Both the position numbers and the translations under genes were made by a program. Source: an uncultured Candidatus Saccharibacteria bacterium (lineage in GTDB: Bacteria; Patescibacteriota; Saccharimonadia; Saccharimonadales; CAZMXN01). From it: a stretch of DNA of 59,693 nt. This document shows positions 9,645 through 17,967 of this stretch, piece by piece. The first letter of the stretch is position 1. Each line of letters starts with the position of its first letter. The stretch is from assembly GCA_964570275.1 (NCBI GenBank), contig CAZMXN010000001.1:9745-69437 (forward strand), in the 5' to 3' direction. The notes below the pieces were generated by a model, which saw nothing but the letters and a program-made list of their open reading frames with translations, was not told the origin of the DNA and searched no databases.

Positions 9645-10166
9645 ATGGCAGCACTAAGTTATGGCGAGGACGCGCCGAACACAGTAAACGTCGTTATTGA
9701 AATTCAGCGGGGCAGCCGCAACAAGATCGAAGTCGACAAAGCCACCGGCCGGCTGTTTCTGGACCGGGTTAACGGCACGCTGCTGGGCTACCCGACGGAT
9801 TATGGCTATATTCCGGATACGTTGTGCGACGACGGTGATCCGCTGGACGCGCTGGTGGTCATTGACGAGTCGCTGCCGCACGGCGTGGTCGCGCCCTGCC
9901 GGGCGGTTGGCGTGCTGTATTTCGAAGATGACGGCGAGATGGATGAAAAGCTGATTTGCGTGCCGGCCGATGACATCAGCAAAGACCACATTCAGTCATT
10001 GGACGACCTGGGCGAGGCTTTTAAGAAAAACCTCGAACACTTTTACAGTCACTACAAAGACTGGAAGAAGAACTGGCAAGGTGTCAGCGCCAAACTGAAA
10101 GGCTGGGGCGACGCCGCGGCTGCCAGGAAAGTCATCGAGGACTCAATCGAGCGTGCCAAGCAGTAG
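9645..10166 (+). CDS. ppa: Inorganic diphosphatase (family I)
   Basis: VVIEIQRGSRNKIEVDK...YPTDYGYIPDTLCDDGDPLDALV matches soluble PPase. Start moved to the ATG at 9645, preceded by a GGAGG SD. The longer track ORF (9537) runs through the divergent promoter region. Confidence 0.9.
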   Translation: MAALSYGEDAPNTVNVVIEIQRGSRNKIEVDKATGRLFLDRVNGTLLGYPTDYGYIPDTLCDDGDPLDALVVIDESLPHGVVAPCRAVGVLYFEDDGEMDEKLICVPADDISKDHIQSLDDLGEAFKKNLEHFYSHYKDWKKNWQGVSAKLKGWGDAAAARKVIEDSIERAKQ

Positions 10167-10167
10167 C

Positions 10168-10602
10168 ATGCCAACAACCCTTTCGGCCGGCGGCGTGGTG
10201 GTGGGCCGGGACGGCCGCATTGTGGTTGTCAATCAGAACGGCCGCAGCTGGTCACTGCCTAAAGGTCATATTGAGCCGGGCGAAACGCCCCGTCAGGCCG
10301 CCGTCAGAGAAATCAAGGAAGAGTCGGGCCTCGCTGATTTGAAGTTCGTCAAAGAGCTGGGCAGCTATTCGCGGCACCGTATCGGCAGTGACGGCCGCGA
10401 GGAAGCGATTGAGACCAAACATATAACAATCTTTTTATTCTTAACCGATCAGACCCGGCTGGAGCCCGAAGACCCGGATAACCCCGAGGCCCGCTGGGTA
10501 GAGGTCGGCGCGGTGGCCGGGTTGCTGACCCACCTTAAGGACAAGGCGTTTTTCCGGCAGGTTAGGCCGGATATCGAGGAAGTCATTGCTTCATTGCCCT
10601 AG
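10168..10602 (+). CDS. NUDIX hydrolase
   Basis: Perfect Nudix box GHIEPGETPRQAAVREIKEESGL. ATG at 10168 lies 1 nt after the ppa stop (alternative GTG at 10153 overlaps ppa). Confidence 0.8.
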   Translation: MPTTLSAGGVVVGRDGRIVVVNQNGRSWSLPKGHIEPGETPRQAAVREIKEESGLADLKFVKELGSYSRHRIGSDGREEAIETKHITIFLFLTDQTRLEPEDPDNPEARWVEVGAVAGLLTHLKDKAFFRQVRPDIEEVIASLP

Positions 10603-10614
10603 TGCTTATACAAT
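10586..10614 (+). promoter_or_regulatory. Predicted gap promoter
   Basis: TTGCTT (10586-10591), 17 nt, TACAAT (10609-10614). Bracketed by the inverted repeat TAGTGCTT (10600-10607) / AAGCACTA (10628-10635). Confidence 0.45.
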
Positions 10615-10761
10615 GAGTTTTAGAGCAAAGCACTAAGGCACAGAGGGTGGACAGATGAATCACGTTAGTTTCCAGGGAACGGCCGGGTACTTAGGCGCGA
10701 TCGGGTCTGGCCGGGCACTGCCGTCGCTGAGCCACAAAAAATTAAAAGGAGAATTAACGGA

Positions 10762-11778
10762 ATGAAGACCAGAGTGGCAATCAATGGTTTCGGCCGGATC
10801 GGCCGGAATGCTTTTAAGGTGGCGTTTGATCGCAGTGATCTGGAGGTCGTGGCGATTAACGACTTAACCGACACCAAAACGCTGGCCCATCTGCTGAAGC
10901 ACGACAGCAACTACGGCGCTTATCAGCACGAAGTCAGCGCTGGCGACAATAGCATCAAAGTCAATGGCCATGAGATTAAAGTTTTCGCCGAAAAGGATCC
11001 GGCGGCGCTGCCGTGGGCCGAGCATAAAGTCGATATCGTCATTGAATCGACCGGGCTGTTCGTTAAACCGGAGCTGGCTAAAGCCCATCTGGAAGCCGGC
11101 GCCCGGAAAGTGATTATTTCGGCTCCGGCCAAGGGCGAGGGCGCTACGACGATTGTTCTGGGCGTTAACGAGGACAAACTGGATGACGCCAGCGACATTA
11201 TCAGCAACGCTTCCTGTACGACTAACTGCATCACCCCGGTTGCCGGCGTGATCGAAACCCATTTCGGGATTGATAAAGCCATGATGACAACGATTCACAG
11301 CTACACGGCCAGCCAGCGGTTGCAGGACGCGCCGGCCAAGGATCTGCGCGAGGCCCGGAACGCCGCCGAGAATATCGTGCCGACCACAACGGGCGCGTCA
11401 ATCGCCGCCGGTCAGGCGCTGCCGGCTCTCCAGGGCATCTTCGGCGGTTTAAGTATCCGGGTCCCCACCCCGGTAGTGTCGTTGAGTGACTTTGTCATCA
11501 TCACCAAAAAGCCGGTGACGGTCGAAGAAGTCAACGAGGTCTTTAAAAAGGCCGCCAAAGAGCCCTACTATCAGGGGATTCTCGACGTTACCGAGGAGCC
11601 GCTGGTTTCCAGTGACTTCATTGGCGACAGTCATTCGGCAATCGTGGACTTAAGCCTGACGGCCGTGATTGGCGACAATATGCTGAAAGTCGTGGCCTGG
11701 TACGACAACGAATGGGGCTACTGCAACCGTCTGGTCGAGCTGGTGTCGGACACCGGCCGGATGTTACAGAAGGGATAA
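10762..11778 (+). CDS. gap: Glyceraldehyde-3-phosphate dehydrogenase, type I
   Basis: INGFGRIGRN NAD motif and active-site SNASCTTNC, 338 aa, AAGGAG SD. Confidence 0.95.
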   Translation: MKTRVAINGFGRIGRNAFKVAFDRSDLEVVAINDLTDTKTLAHLLKHDSNYGAYQHEVSAGDNSIKVNGHEIKVFAEKDPAALPWAEHKVDIVIESTGLFVKPELAKAHLEAGARKVIISAPAKGEGATTIVLGVNEDKLDDASDIISNASCTTNCITPVAGVIETHFGIDKAMMTTIHSYTASQRLQDAPAKDLREARNAAENIVPTTTGASIAAGQALPALQGIFGGLSIRVPTPVVSLSDFVIITKKPVTVEEVNEVFKKAAKEPYYQGILDVTEEPLVSSDFIGDSHSAIVDLSLTAVIGDNMLKVVAWYDNEWGYCNRLVELVSDTGRMLQKG

Positions 11779-11863
11779 AAGGCGTGATGAACTACTGCGC
11801 ACCTCAGCTTTTAAATTTGACGCAAGGCTTCAAGCTGCCGCTGTCGCGACCGGAGGGCCGCCG

Positions 11864-12322
11864 ATGAAGATCTACGTCGGCACCGATCACAACGGCTTTC
11901 GGCATAAACAGAAGCTGGTGGAGTACCTGAAGCGTGCCGGTTACGAGGTGGTTGACGTCGGGCATGATGAGCTGGTCCCGGATGACGACTTCCCCGAGTT
12001 CGCCCACCGGACTGTGCTGGCCATGCTGGCCAGCGACGATCCGGATCCGCGCGGCATTCTGCTTTGCGGCAGCGGCCAGGGTATGTGCATGGCCGCCAAC
12101 CGGTTTAACGGCATCCGGGCGGCGCTTGGCTATGACCATGTTTCGGCCCGGGTGGCCCGCAACGATGACGACAGCAACGTGCTGTGTATCCCGGCCCGTC
12201 ACATCAAGTCCGACGAAACCAACCTGATCGTTGACACCTGGCTGAACACACCGTTTGCCGGCGCGCCGCGGTTTAAGCGCCGTATCCGGCAGATGGATGA
12301 ACTCCGTCCGGGAGGCCAGTAG
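11864..12322 (+). CDS. rpiB: Ribose-5-phosphate isomerase B (RpiB/LacAB family)
   Basis: MKIYVGTDHNGF...LLCGSGQGMCMAANR...NVLCIPAR, characteristic of RpiB. GGAGGG SD. Confidence 0.85.
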   Translation: MKIYVGTDHNGFRHKQKLVEYLKRAGYEVVDVGHDELVPDDDFPEFAHRTVLAMLASDDPDPRGILLCGSGQGMCMAANRFNGIRAALGYDHVSARVARNDDDSNVLCIPARHIKSDETNLIVDTWLNTPFAGAPRFKRRIRQMDELRPGGQ

Positions 12323-12326
12323 CGCC

Positions 12327-12959
12327 ATGGCGGTAGTTTGCCCGACGGTTACGGCCTACAGTCTGCCTGAATACCGGAATCAACTGGAGGCGATCCGGCC
12401 GTTTGCCAGGCGTATACATCTCGATTTTATGGACGGCGAGTTCGCGCCGACGCACTCGCCCGGACTGGGTATCGTCTGGCGGCCGCATGATATTCAGACT
12501 GATCTGCACATCATGTACCGCCGGCCGATGGATCACCTGGATGACATTATTCGCCTGAACCCCGATCTGGTGATTGCCCACGCCGAAGCCGAAGGTGATT
12601 TCCGGGAGTTTGCTGACCGGCTGCATGCAGCCGGCATTCGGGCCGGCACCGCGCTGCTGCCGGAAACGCCGGCCGGCATTATGCGGTCCGCGCTCAGCTA
12701 CATAGATCACGTTTTAGTGTTTTCCGGCAATCTCGGCCACTTCGGCGGCGAGGCTGATCTCAGCCTGCTGGCCAAGGTTGCCGAAGTCAAAGCGCTGCTG
12801 CCGGAAGTGGAGATCGGCTGGGACGGCGGCATTAACGAGCAAACCGCTGCGGAGCTGGTCAGGGGCGGTGTTGACGTGCTCAATGTCGGCGGCTTTATCC
12901 AGAACGCAGACGACAAAGAAGAAGCTTATGGTATACTGAAGTCATTAGTGGAAAACTAA
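12327..12959 (+). CDS. Ribulose-phosphate 3-epimerase family protein (divergent)
   Basis: Rpe-like motifs IHLDFMDGEFAP, DLHIM, VLVFSGNLGHFGG, GWDGGIN and VGGF, but a divergent N-terminus. Start set at ATG 12327 (GGGAGG SD, 4 nt after the rpiB stop) rather than the track start 12255. Confidence 0.6.
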   Translation: MAVVCPTVTAYSLPEYRNQLEAIRPFARRIHLDFMDGEFAPTHSPGLGIVWRPHDIQTDLHIMYRRPMDHLDDIIRLNPDLVIAHAEAEGDFREFADRLHAAGIRAGTALLPETPAGIMRSALSYIDHVLVFSGNLGHFGGEADLSLLAKVAEVKALLPEVEIGWDGGINEQTAAELVRGGVDVLNVGGFIQNADDKEEAYGILKSLVEN

Positions 12960-12968
12960 AAGTAAAAA

Positions 12969-13856
12969 GTGAGCTTCAAATTGACGCTAGAACAACTGGA
13001 AGCCAAAGCTTACGACATCCGCATGGATATAATCCGGATGCTGGAGAAAGCCGGCTCCGGCCACAGTGCCGGTCCGCTCGGCCTGGCCGACATCTTTACG
13101 GCGCTTTATTTTGATATTCTAAAACACGATCCGAAAAAGCCGGACTGGGATCAGCGCGACATCATGCTGCTCAGCAACGGCCACTGCGTACCGGTCCGCT
13201 ACGCCACCATGGCGCACGCCGGCTATTTTGACCGCAAGGAATTAATGACTCTGCGTCAGTTGGGTTCCCGGCTGCAAGGCCATCCGGAAAGAACCATGCT
13301 GCCGGGAATGGAGAACACCAGCGGGCCTTTGGGCTGCGGCCTGAGCCAGGCCTGCGGCATGTCTCTGGCGATGCGCATGAACAAAGATGAGCACCGCTGG
13401 ATTTACGTGGTCTTAGGCGACGGCGAGCAAAACGAGGGCAATGTCTGGGAAGCCGCCATGCTGGCCTCCAAGTACCGGCTGAGTAACATCATTGCCATCA
13501 CCGACCGTAACAGCATCCAGATTGACGGGCAGACCGAAGACGTTATGCCGCTCGAGGACCTGAAGGCCAAATGGGAGTCTTTCGGCTGGTATGTTATCGA
13601 TATCGACGGCAATAACATGGAGGCCATTATCGACGCCTGCGCGATGGCCCGGGCCATCGTCGAAAAGCCGGTTATGATTATTGCCCATACGGTGCCGGGC
13701 AAGGGAGTTGATTTCATGGAGTATGATTTCCGCTGGCACGGTGCGCCGCCCGGCGCCCTGGAGCTGCCCGGTGACCCGCCGAAAAAAGATCAGGCCAGGG
13801 TTGCCTTGCGGGAACTTCGCACCCTCAAGGGTAAAATCAGGAGTGAACACGAATGA
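12969..13856 (+). CDS. Transketolase, N-terminal (thiamine-diphosphate-binding) subunit
   Basis: GSGHSAGPLGLADI, LSNGH and GDGEQNEGNVWEA TPP-binding motifs. About 295 aa, as in split transketolases. GTG start. Confidence 0.9.
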   Translation: MSFKLTLEQLEAKAYDIRMDIIRMLEKAGSGHSAGPLGLADIFTALYFDILKHDPKKPDWDQRDIMLLSNGHCVPVRYATMAHAGYFDRKELMTLRQLGSRLQGHPERTMLPGMENTSGPLGCGLSQACGMSLAMRMNKDEHRWIYVVLGDGEQNEGNVWEAAMLASKYRLSNIIAITDRNSIQIDGQTEDVMPLEDLKAKWESFGWYVIDIDGNNMEAIIDACAMARAIVEKPVMIIAHTVPGKGVDFMEYDFRWHGAPPGALELPGDPPKKDQARVALRELRTLKGKIRSEHE

Positions 13857-13914
13857 GAAGACGTATTGAGTACGGGGTATTTCGTATAGCGTATCGGCTG
13901 ACAGAGGTAGAGGT

Positions 13915-14889
13915 GTGAAAGATCTGCATTTGCTCGATGTCCTTGATAAAGATCTGCAAACGGAGCCGATACGGAAAGGTTTCGGGCGCGGCCTGCTTAA
14001 AGCCGGGCAGGAAAACGAGCAGGTCGTGGCTGCCTGTGCCGATCTGACCGAGTCCACCCAGATGCATTTATTCCGCGACGCTTTCCCGGAGCGTTACGTC
14101 GAGGTCGGCGTGGCCGAACAGAATCTGGTCACGGTCGGTTCCGGCCTGGCGGCCATGGGCAAAATTCCCTTTGTCAGTTCGTACGCGGCATTCAGCCCGG
14201 GCCGCAACTGGGAACAAATCCGGACAACGATTTGTCTGAATGACCAGCCGGTTAAAATTGTCGGTTCGCATGCCGGCGTTTCGGTCGGACCGGACGGCGC
14301 CACCCACCAGATGCTGGAGGATATAGCGCTGATGCGCGTGCTGCCGAATATGGTGGTGATCGCGCCCGGCGACAGCGTTGAAGCCGAGAAGGCGACGCTG
14401 GCGCTGGCGGCCGACAAGCGGCCGGGCTATTTGCGGCTGGCGCGCGAGGCGACACCGGTCTTTACGACCGAGCAGACGCCGTTTGCCATCGGCAAGGCTT
14501 ACGTCATGGCCGAGGGCCGCGATCTGACGATTGTGGCGACCGGCACCATGACTTACCAGGCGCTGGCGGCGGCCGAAACGCTGTTCAAGGACGGCATCGA
14601 CGTTGAGGTCATTCACTGTCCGACCATCAAGCCGCTGGATGCCGTAACCATCTTGCGCAGCGCTCAGAAGACCAAGGCTGTTATCACCGCCGAGGAACAC
14701 CAGATTGCCGGCGGTCTGGGCGGCGCCGTGGCCGAGCTGCTGAGTGAGGAGTTGCCGCGGCCGCTTAAGCGCATCGGCATGCAGGATCGTTTCGGGGAGT
14801 CCGGTCAGCCGGCCGAGCTGCTGCATAAATTCGGCCTGACCGCCAAGCACATTGCTCTGGCGGCTCACGAGCTGATGGATAAGGTCTAG
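13915..14889 (+). CDS. Transketolase, C-terminal (pyrimidine-binding/C-terminal domain) subunit
   Basis: VEVGVAEQNLV...GPDGATHQMLEDIALMRVLPNM, typical of the second transketolase subunit. GTG start with a GAGGTAGAGG SD. Confidence 0.9.
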   Translation: MKDLHLLDVLDKDLQTEPIRKGFGRGLLKAGQENEQVVAACADLTESTQMHLFRDAFPERYVEVGVAEQNLVTVGSGLAAMGKIPFVSSYAAFSPGRNWEQIRTTICLNDQPVKIVGSHAGVSVGPDGATHQMLEDIALMRVLPNMVVIAPGDSVEAEKATLALAADKRPGYLRLAREATPVFTTEQTPFAIGKAYVMAEGRDLTIVATGTMTYQALAAAETLFKDGIDVEVIHCPTIKPLDAVTILRSAQKTKAVITAEEHQIAGGLGGAVAELLSEELPRPLKRIGMQDRFGESGQPAELLHKFGLTAKHIALAAHELMDKV

Positions 14890-14926
14890 GAAAGCACAAG
14901 CACTTTAGCTATACTGTTAAGCAACC

Positions 14927-15838
14927 ATGTCGTTATCACTCAAACAAATACGCGAAAACTGTCAAAAAGCCCGCGAGCTGATGGATCGGACCCGTCAGGA
15001 GCACTTCGCGGTCGGGGCCTTTAATCTCGACAACCAGGAGACGCTGATTGCGGTGACCCGGGCCGCCAAGGCCAAGAACGCGCCGGTGCTGGTGGAAGTC
15101 AGTCAGGGCGAAGTCGAAGCCCTGGGACTCGATAACGTCCGCGATATGGTCGACAACTACCGGGCGGAGTACGGCGTCGAAATGTACGTCAACCTTGACC
15201 ACAGCCCCAGCGTCGAGGCGGCCATTGCCGGCATCGAAGCCGGGTTTGAGTTTATTCATATCGACATCTCGCAGGCCAACAAGGAAGCGTCGGAGACCGA
15301 GATAATTGCCCGGACCCGCGAAGTCGTTTCCTACGCCAAGCTGACCGGCGCTCTGGTGGAGAGCGAACCGCACTACTTCGGCGGCGGCTCCAAGAAATTC
15401 GACGAGGCCTTTGATTACGAGGAGATTAAAAAGACTTTCAGTACGCCGGAAGGCGCTCAGCATTTTGTCTACGCCACCGGCATCGACACCTTCGCCGCCG
15501 CCGTCGGCAACCTGCACGGCAGCTATCCTGTGCCCAAACAGCTCGATCTGGAGCTGTTAAGACAGGTCCGCGAAGCCATTGATTGCAATATCAGCCTGCA
15601 TGGCGGCAGCGGCACGCCGGGGCACTTCTTCGTCGAAGCCGTGCAAATCGGCGTCAGCAAAGTCAATATCAACACCGATATGCGCATTGCTTACCGGCAG
15701 ACGCTGGAAGCGGTGCTGGAGAAAAACCCGGACGAAACCGCCGTGGTTAAGCTCATGGACGAAGTCATTGACGCCGTCCAAGCCGTGGTCGAGAGCAAAA
15801 TCGACATGTTCGGCGCTGCCGGCAAAGCCGTGATCTAG
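14927..15838 (+). CDS. fba: Class II fructose-bisphosphate aldolase
   Basis: FAVGAFN, NLDHS, HIDIS, GNLHG and SLHGGSG motifs of the class II (metal-dependent) aldolase family. Confidence 0.85.
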   Translation: MSLSLKQIRENCQKARELMDRTRQEHFAVGAFNLDNQETLIAVTRAAKAKNAPVLVEVSQGEVEALGLDNVRDMVDNYRAEYGVEMYVNLDHSPSVEAAIAGIEAGFEFIHIDISQANKEASETEIIARTREVVSYAKLTGALVESEPHYFGGGSKKFDEAFDYEEIKKTFSTPEGAQHFVYATGIDTFAAAVGNLHGSYPVPKQLDLELLRQVREAIDCNISLHGGSGTPGHFFVEAVQIGVSKVNINTDMRIAYRQTLEAVLEKNPDETAVVKLMDEVIDAVQAVVESKIDMFGAAGKAVI

Positions 15839-15981
15839 CGCGCATAGACAATGTATTTGTCAGAAATTGCAATCGGTGTTACTTTATGCGACAATACCGC
15901 TAAGCTTTAGCAGCAAAGCAGACAAAAAGGAGTGACCCTATCAAATACAAACAAAAATTCCAGAAAGCGAGGGAGTGAACA

Positions 15982-16941
15982 GTGAAATTTTTATCGGTTG
16001 GCGCGGCTGTCCAGGATGTTTATTTGAGCCACAGCGACGCCCTGGACCCGGTCAAGGACGAAGACGGTTCATTTTATGCCGAACTTAAGATGGGCGGCAA
16101 GGCCGACGTGGACTTTATACACTTCAGCACCGGCGGCGGCGCCACCAATGCCGCGGTGACCTTTGCCCGCCAGGGCTTTTCGAGTACGCTGATGGGCACG
16201 ATCGGCCACGATCCGGCCGGCGTTGCCGTTAAGGAAGCCTTGTCCCAGGAAGGTGTCGATGCCCGGCTGAATTACTCGGAAAAATACAATACCGGTTACT
16301 CGCTTATTCTGCTGGCCAACAACGGCGAACGAACGATTTTGACTTACCGCGGCGCTTCGACGCACTACGAATCAATCCACTACGACCTGTCTGACTTCGG
16401 TCAGGCCGACTGGCTGTACATGTCGAACCTGGGCGGTTCGATGGATATTCTGGAGAAGCTGTTTCGGCAGGCCAGGGACGCGGATATCAAGATCGCCTGG
16501 AACCCCGGCAAAGCCGAGCTTACCCAGCCGGACAAATTAAAACCGCTCCTGGAGTTTGTCGAGGTCCTGCTGGTCAACAAAGAAGAGGCGCAGAAGATAG
16601 TTGACGGTGAGGAGCTGGAGGACCTGGTGCTGGCCGCCAACCGGCTGGTGCCGGTGGCAGTCGTGTCCGACGGACCGCGCGGCGTTGCGGCGGCCGACCG
16701 CCGGTCTTATGTCCGGGCCGGCATGTATGAAGACGTGCCGGTTATCGATCGCACCGGGGCCGGCGACGCTTTCGGATCGGGCTTTACCTGCAAGTGGGCC
16801 CAGGGCGCGTCATTGCGCGAAGCCGTGACGTTTGCCAGCGCCAACTCGACCTCGGTGGTCAGCAAAATCGGCGCCAAAGACGGCATACTGCCGGCGGACG
16901 CCCAGATTCATGATATGGAAATGGAGGAGAGGCAATTATGA
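15982..16941 (+). CDS. PfkB/ribokinase-family carbohydrate kinase
   Basis: GGGATNAAV (substrate lid region) and C-terminal DRTGAGDAFGSGF (PfkB signature 2). GTG start with a GAGGGAG SD. Confidence 0.8.
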   Translation: MKFLSVGAAVQDVYLSHSDALDPVKDEDGSFYAELKMGGKADVDFIHFSTGGGATNAAVTFARQGFSSTLMGTIGHDPAGVAVKEALSQEGVDARLNYSEKYNTGYSLILLANNGERTILTYRGASTHYESIHYDLSDFGQADWLYMSNLGGSMDILEKLFRQARDADIKIAWNPGKAELTQPDKLKPLLEFVEVLLVNKEEAQKIVDGEELEDLVLAANRLVPVAVVSDGPRGVAAADRRSYVRAGMYEDVPVIDRTGAGDAFGSGFTCKWAQGASLREAVTFASANSTSVVSKIGAKDGILPADAQIHDMEMEERQL

Positions 16942-17933
16942 ACACACCACACATACTTTGCGTTGGCGATATAGTCAGCGGCGCCTTTATAACCCTGTCC
17001 GAGGATCATGTGGCCCTGACCACTGACGATAAGGGCTACAAGCGCATGAGCTTCGAGCTCGGCGCCAAAATTCCCTACAAGGACCTGTATGAGGTCAAGG
17101 CCGTGGAGTGTTCGCCCAACGCCGCCGTGTCGATGGCGCGCCTGGGTTTGAGCGTCAGCCTGATGGCCTGGCTGAGCGATGACCCCACCGGGCAGGAGAT
17201 GGCCGACTATCTGAAGAGCGAGAAGGTAGGTACCGACGACCTGGTGGTCGAAGCCGGCAAAAAATCCAATTATCATTTTTACCTGCGCTACGGGGCCGAC
17301 CGCACCAAGTTACAGAAATTCGAAGATTATTCCTATCAGTGGCGCGAGCCGGCCACCAAGCCTGATTGGCTGTATCTCGGTGTGCTGGGTGAAAACACCT
17401 GGCCGCTGCACGAAGCCATTCTGGCCTATCTTGACGCCAATCCGGACATTAAGCTGGCCTTCCAGCCGGGCATGTATCATCTGATGTGGGGCACCGAAAA
17501 GATGGCGGCGTTTTATAAAAAGGCCGAAATTGTGGTCCTAAACCGTGAAGAGGCCGCCCAGGTCACGGGCCAGGATCGAGGCGACATGCCGGCCCTGATC
17601 CAGGCCATGCACGCCTTAGGCGTTAAGCTGGCCGTGATTACCGACGGGCCGGACGGCGCCTATGCCTCTGACGGCCAGCGAACCCTGTTCATGCCGATTT
17701 ATCCGGACCCCAAAGAGCCGGCCGACCGCACCGGCGCCGGTGATGCCTTTGCCTCCACCCTGACGGCTGCTCTGGCGTCCGGTGAGACGCTGGAGACGGC
17801 CCTGGCCTGGGCACCGGTTAACAGCATGAACGTGTCACAGTATTTCGGCGCCCAACAAGGCCTGCTGACAAGAAGCCAGCTTGACGAACTTTTAAGCAGC
17901 GCTCCGGAAGATTATCAGGTCAGCCAGCTGTAG
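16938..17933 (+). CDS. PfkB/ribokinase-family carbohydrate kinase (second, divergent paralogue)
   Basis: DRTGAGDAFAST signature. ATGA overlap with the preceding kinase. Confidence 0.8.
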   Translation: MNTPHILCVGDIVSGAFITLSEDHVALTTDDKGYKRMSFELGAKIPYKDLYEVKAVECSPNAAVSMARLGLSVSLMAWLSDDPTGQEMADYLKSEKVGTDDLVVEAGKKSNYHFYLRYGADRTKLQKFEDYSYQWREPATKPDWLYLGVLGENTWPLHEAILAYLDANPDIKLAFQPGMYHLMWGTEKMAAFYKKAEIVVLNREEAAQVTGQDRGDMPALIQAMHALGVKLAVITDGPDGAYASDGQRTLFMPIYPDPKEPADRTGAGDAFASTLTAALASGETLETALAWAPVNSMNVSQYFGAQQGLLTRSQLDELLSSAPEDYQVSQL

Positions 17934-17967
17934 CCGGGATAGTTCTTATGCTAAGCTAACAGTAGCT

